A stretch of DNA of 63,852 nucleotides, the filler included, from Octopus bimaculoides (lineage: Eukaryota): the NCBI RefSeq assembly GCF_001194135.2. It is 5 parts of 5 records of this genome, joined end to end, with 100 filler letters (N's around TTAATTAATTAA, not from the genome) between each part and the next. Parts side by side here need not be neighbours in the genome. Positions count along the whole stretch, not along the records: positions 62,760 to 63,852 come from NC_068984.1; 4 more parts are not named here. One strand, written 5' to 3'. Each line of letters opens with the position of its first letter. Position 1 is the first letter of the stretch. Below the pieces are notes generated by a model. It did not search any database and was not told the DNA's origin. It saw nothing but the letters and a program-made list of their open reading frames with translations. Made by a program: the position numbers and the translations under genes. This document shows, piece by piece, positions 63,070 to 63,852 of the stretch.

Positions 63070-63670
63070 CGCATACACGCATATATAATGAGTACAAAAA
63101 AGTGATGCATTTTCGTGCAAATATTCTGACGTCCTACCACAAGGGGATCCGCGGTAGAGTTTTGGGAATTGTTTCCAGAGACTTAATAAACCTTTCGCCA
63201 CAGTGCAAGATTATCTCAAGCGGATTGGTAAAGTGTATAAGGAAGGGAACTGGGTACAACGGAAGGGGAATAATCCTGCAACATGATAATGCAAGGCTAC
63301 ATTCAGAGAAAATAATCCAAAGGACGATAAATTCATTTACTTGTAAAGCCCAGCTTCATTTCTTCGCTCGCCAGATCTAGCGCGTCTCCATTTTTTTTTT
63401 CTTTCACTTGTTCAGGTCACTTGATCACTTTACTAGTGGAACATCATTCATAATCAGGGACAATGAAGAATCGGCAGTCCAAGCATTCTTTTCTTTTCTA
63501 TAAAGGTTATTTCTTTAGCCCGAGGAATCACAAAAACTGGTTTCGTTGGTGGAAAATATTACTGACATTAGTGATTCTGTCTTCAATGAATAAATAAATT
63601 CACATTATGTTCTATGATTATTTGATATCATTGCATATAATACGGCTTTAATATTCGATACCTCATACAT
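63070..63670 (+). mobile_element. Mariner transposase C-terminal remnant
   Basis: GIILQHDNARLHS and downstream SPDLA-like motif. Confidence 0.7.
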
Positions 63671-63677
63671 ACATACA

Positions 63678-63751
<74 letters not shown>

Positions 63752-63852
63752 AGTAAAAATAAATACAAAAAAAGGTGGATTTTTTTGTATGATTGTGTAT
63801 AGAGGAATATATTATTTTGCTTAAAAGAGTTCCAACACTGTCTGTTTTTTAT

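Overview
Gappy animal genomic DNA with about 8 kb of N. It is most likely octopus/coleoid cephalopod, inferred from the recalled SINE repertoire and microsatellite load, not from a search. Four 100-bp spacers (44 N + TTAATTAATTAA + 44 N) split the window into five blocks whose adjacency and orientation are unproven: A 1-15170, B 15271-31188, C 31289-51782, D 51883-62659, E 62760-63852. The only gene identifiable with confidence is the nuclear-encoded mitochondrial RNA polymerase POLRMT. Four internal + strand phase-0 exons in block C encode catalytic motifs A and B, and their introns are filled with nested transposons. Block B holds several minus-strand exon candidates of an unidentified gene (one ankyrin-like). 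Block A holds a spliced two-exon frame with three nonsense codons (probable pseudogene). The rest is RTE, R4/Dong, Penelope, L2-like, Tx1-like, Gypsy and mariner debris, tRNA-SINEs and microsatellites. Most interesting signals: (i) six hammerhead-ribozyme-like motifs with different stems, one intact minimal hammerhead lying about 195 nt downstream of a tRNA-derived Pol III promoter, suggesting a self-cleaving SINE; (ii) three RTE-type LINE insertions with inverted 5' parts, resembling twin priming; (iii) a block-scale CpG-decay footprint; (iv) two perfect foldbacks abutting gaps. All translations and alignments were done by eye and no database search was run.
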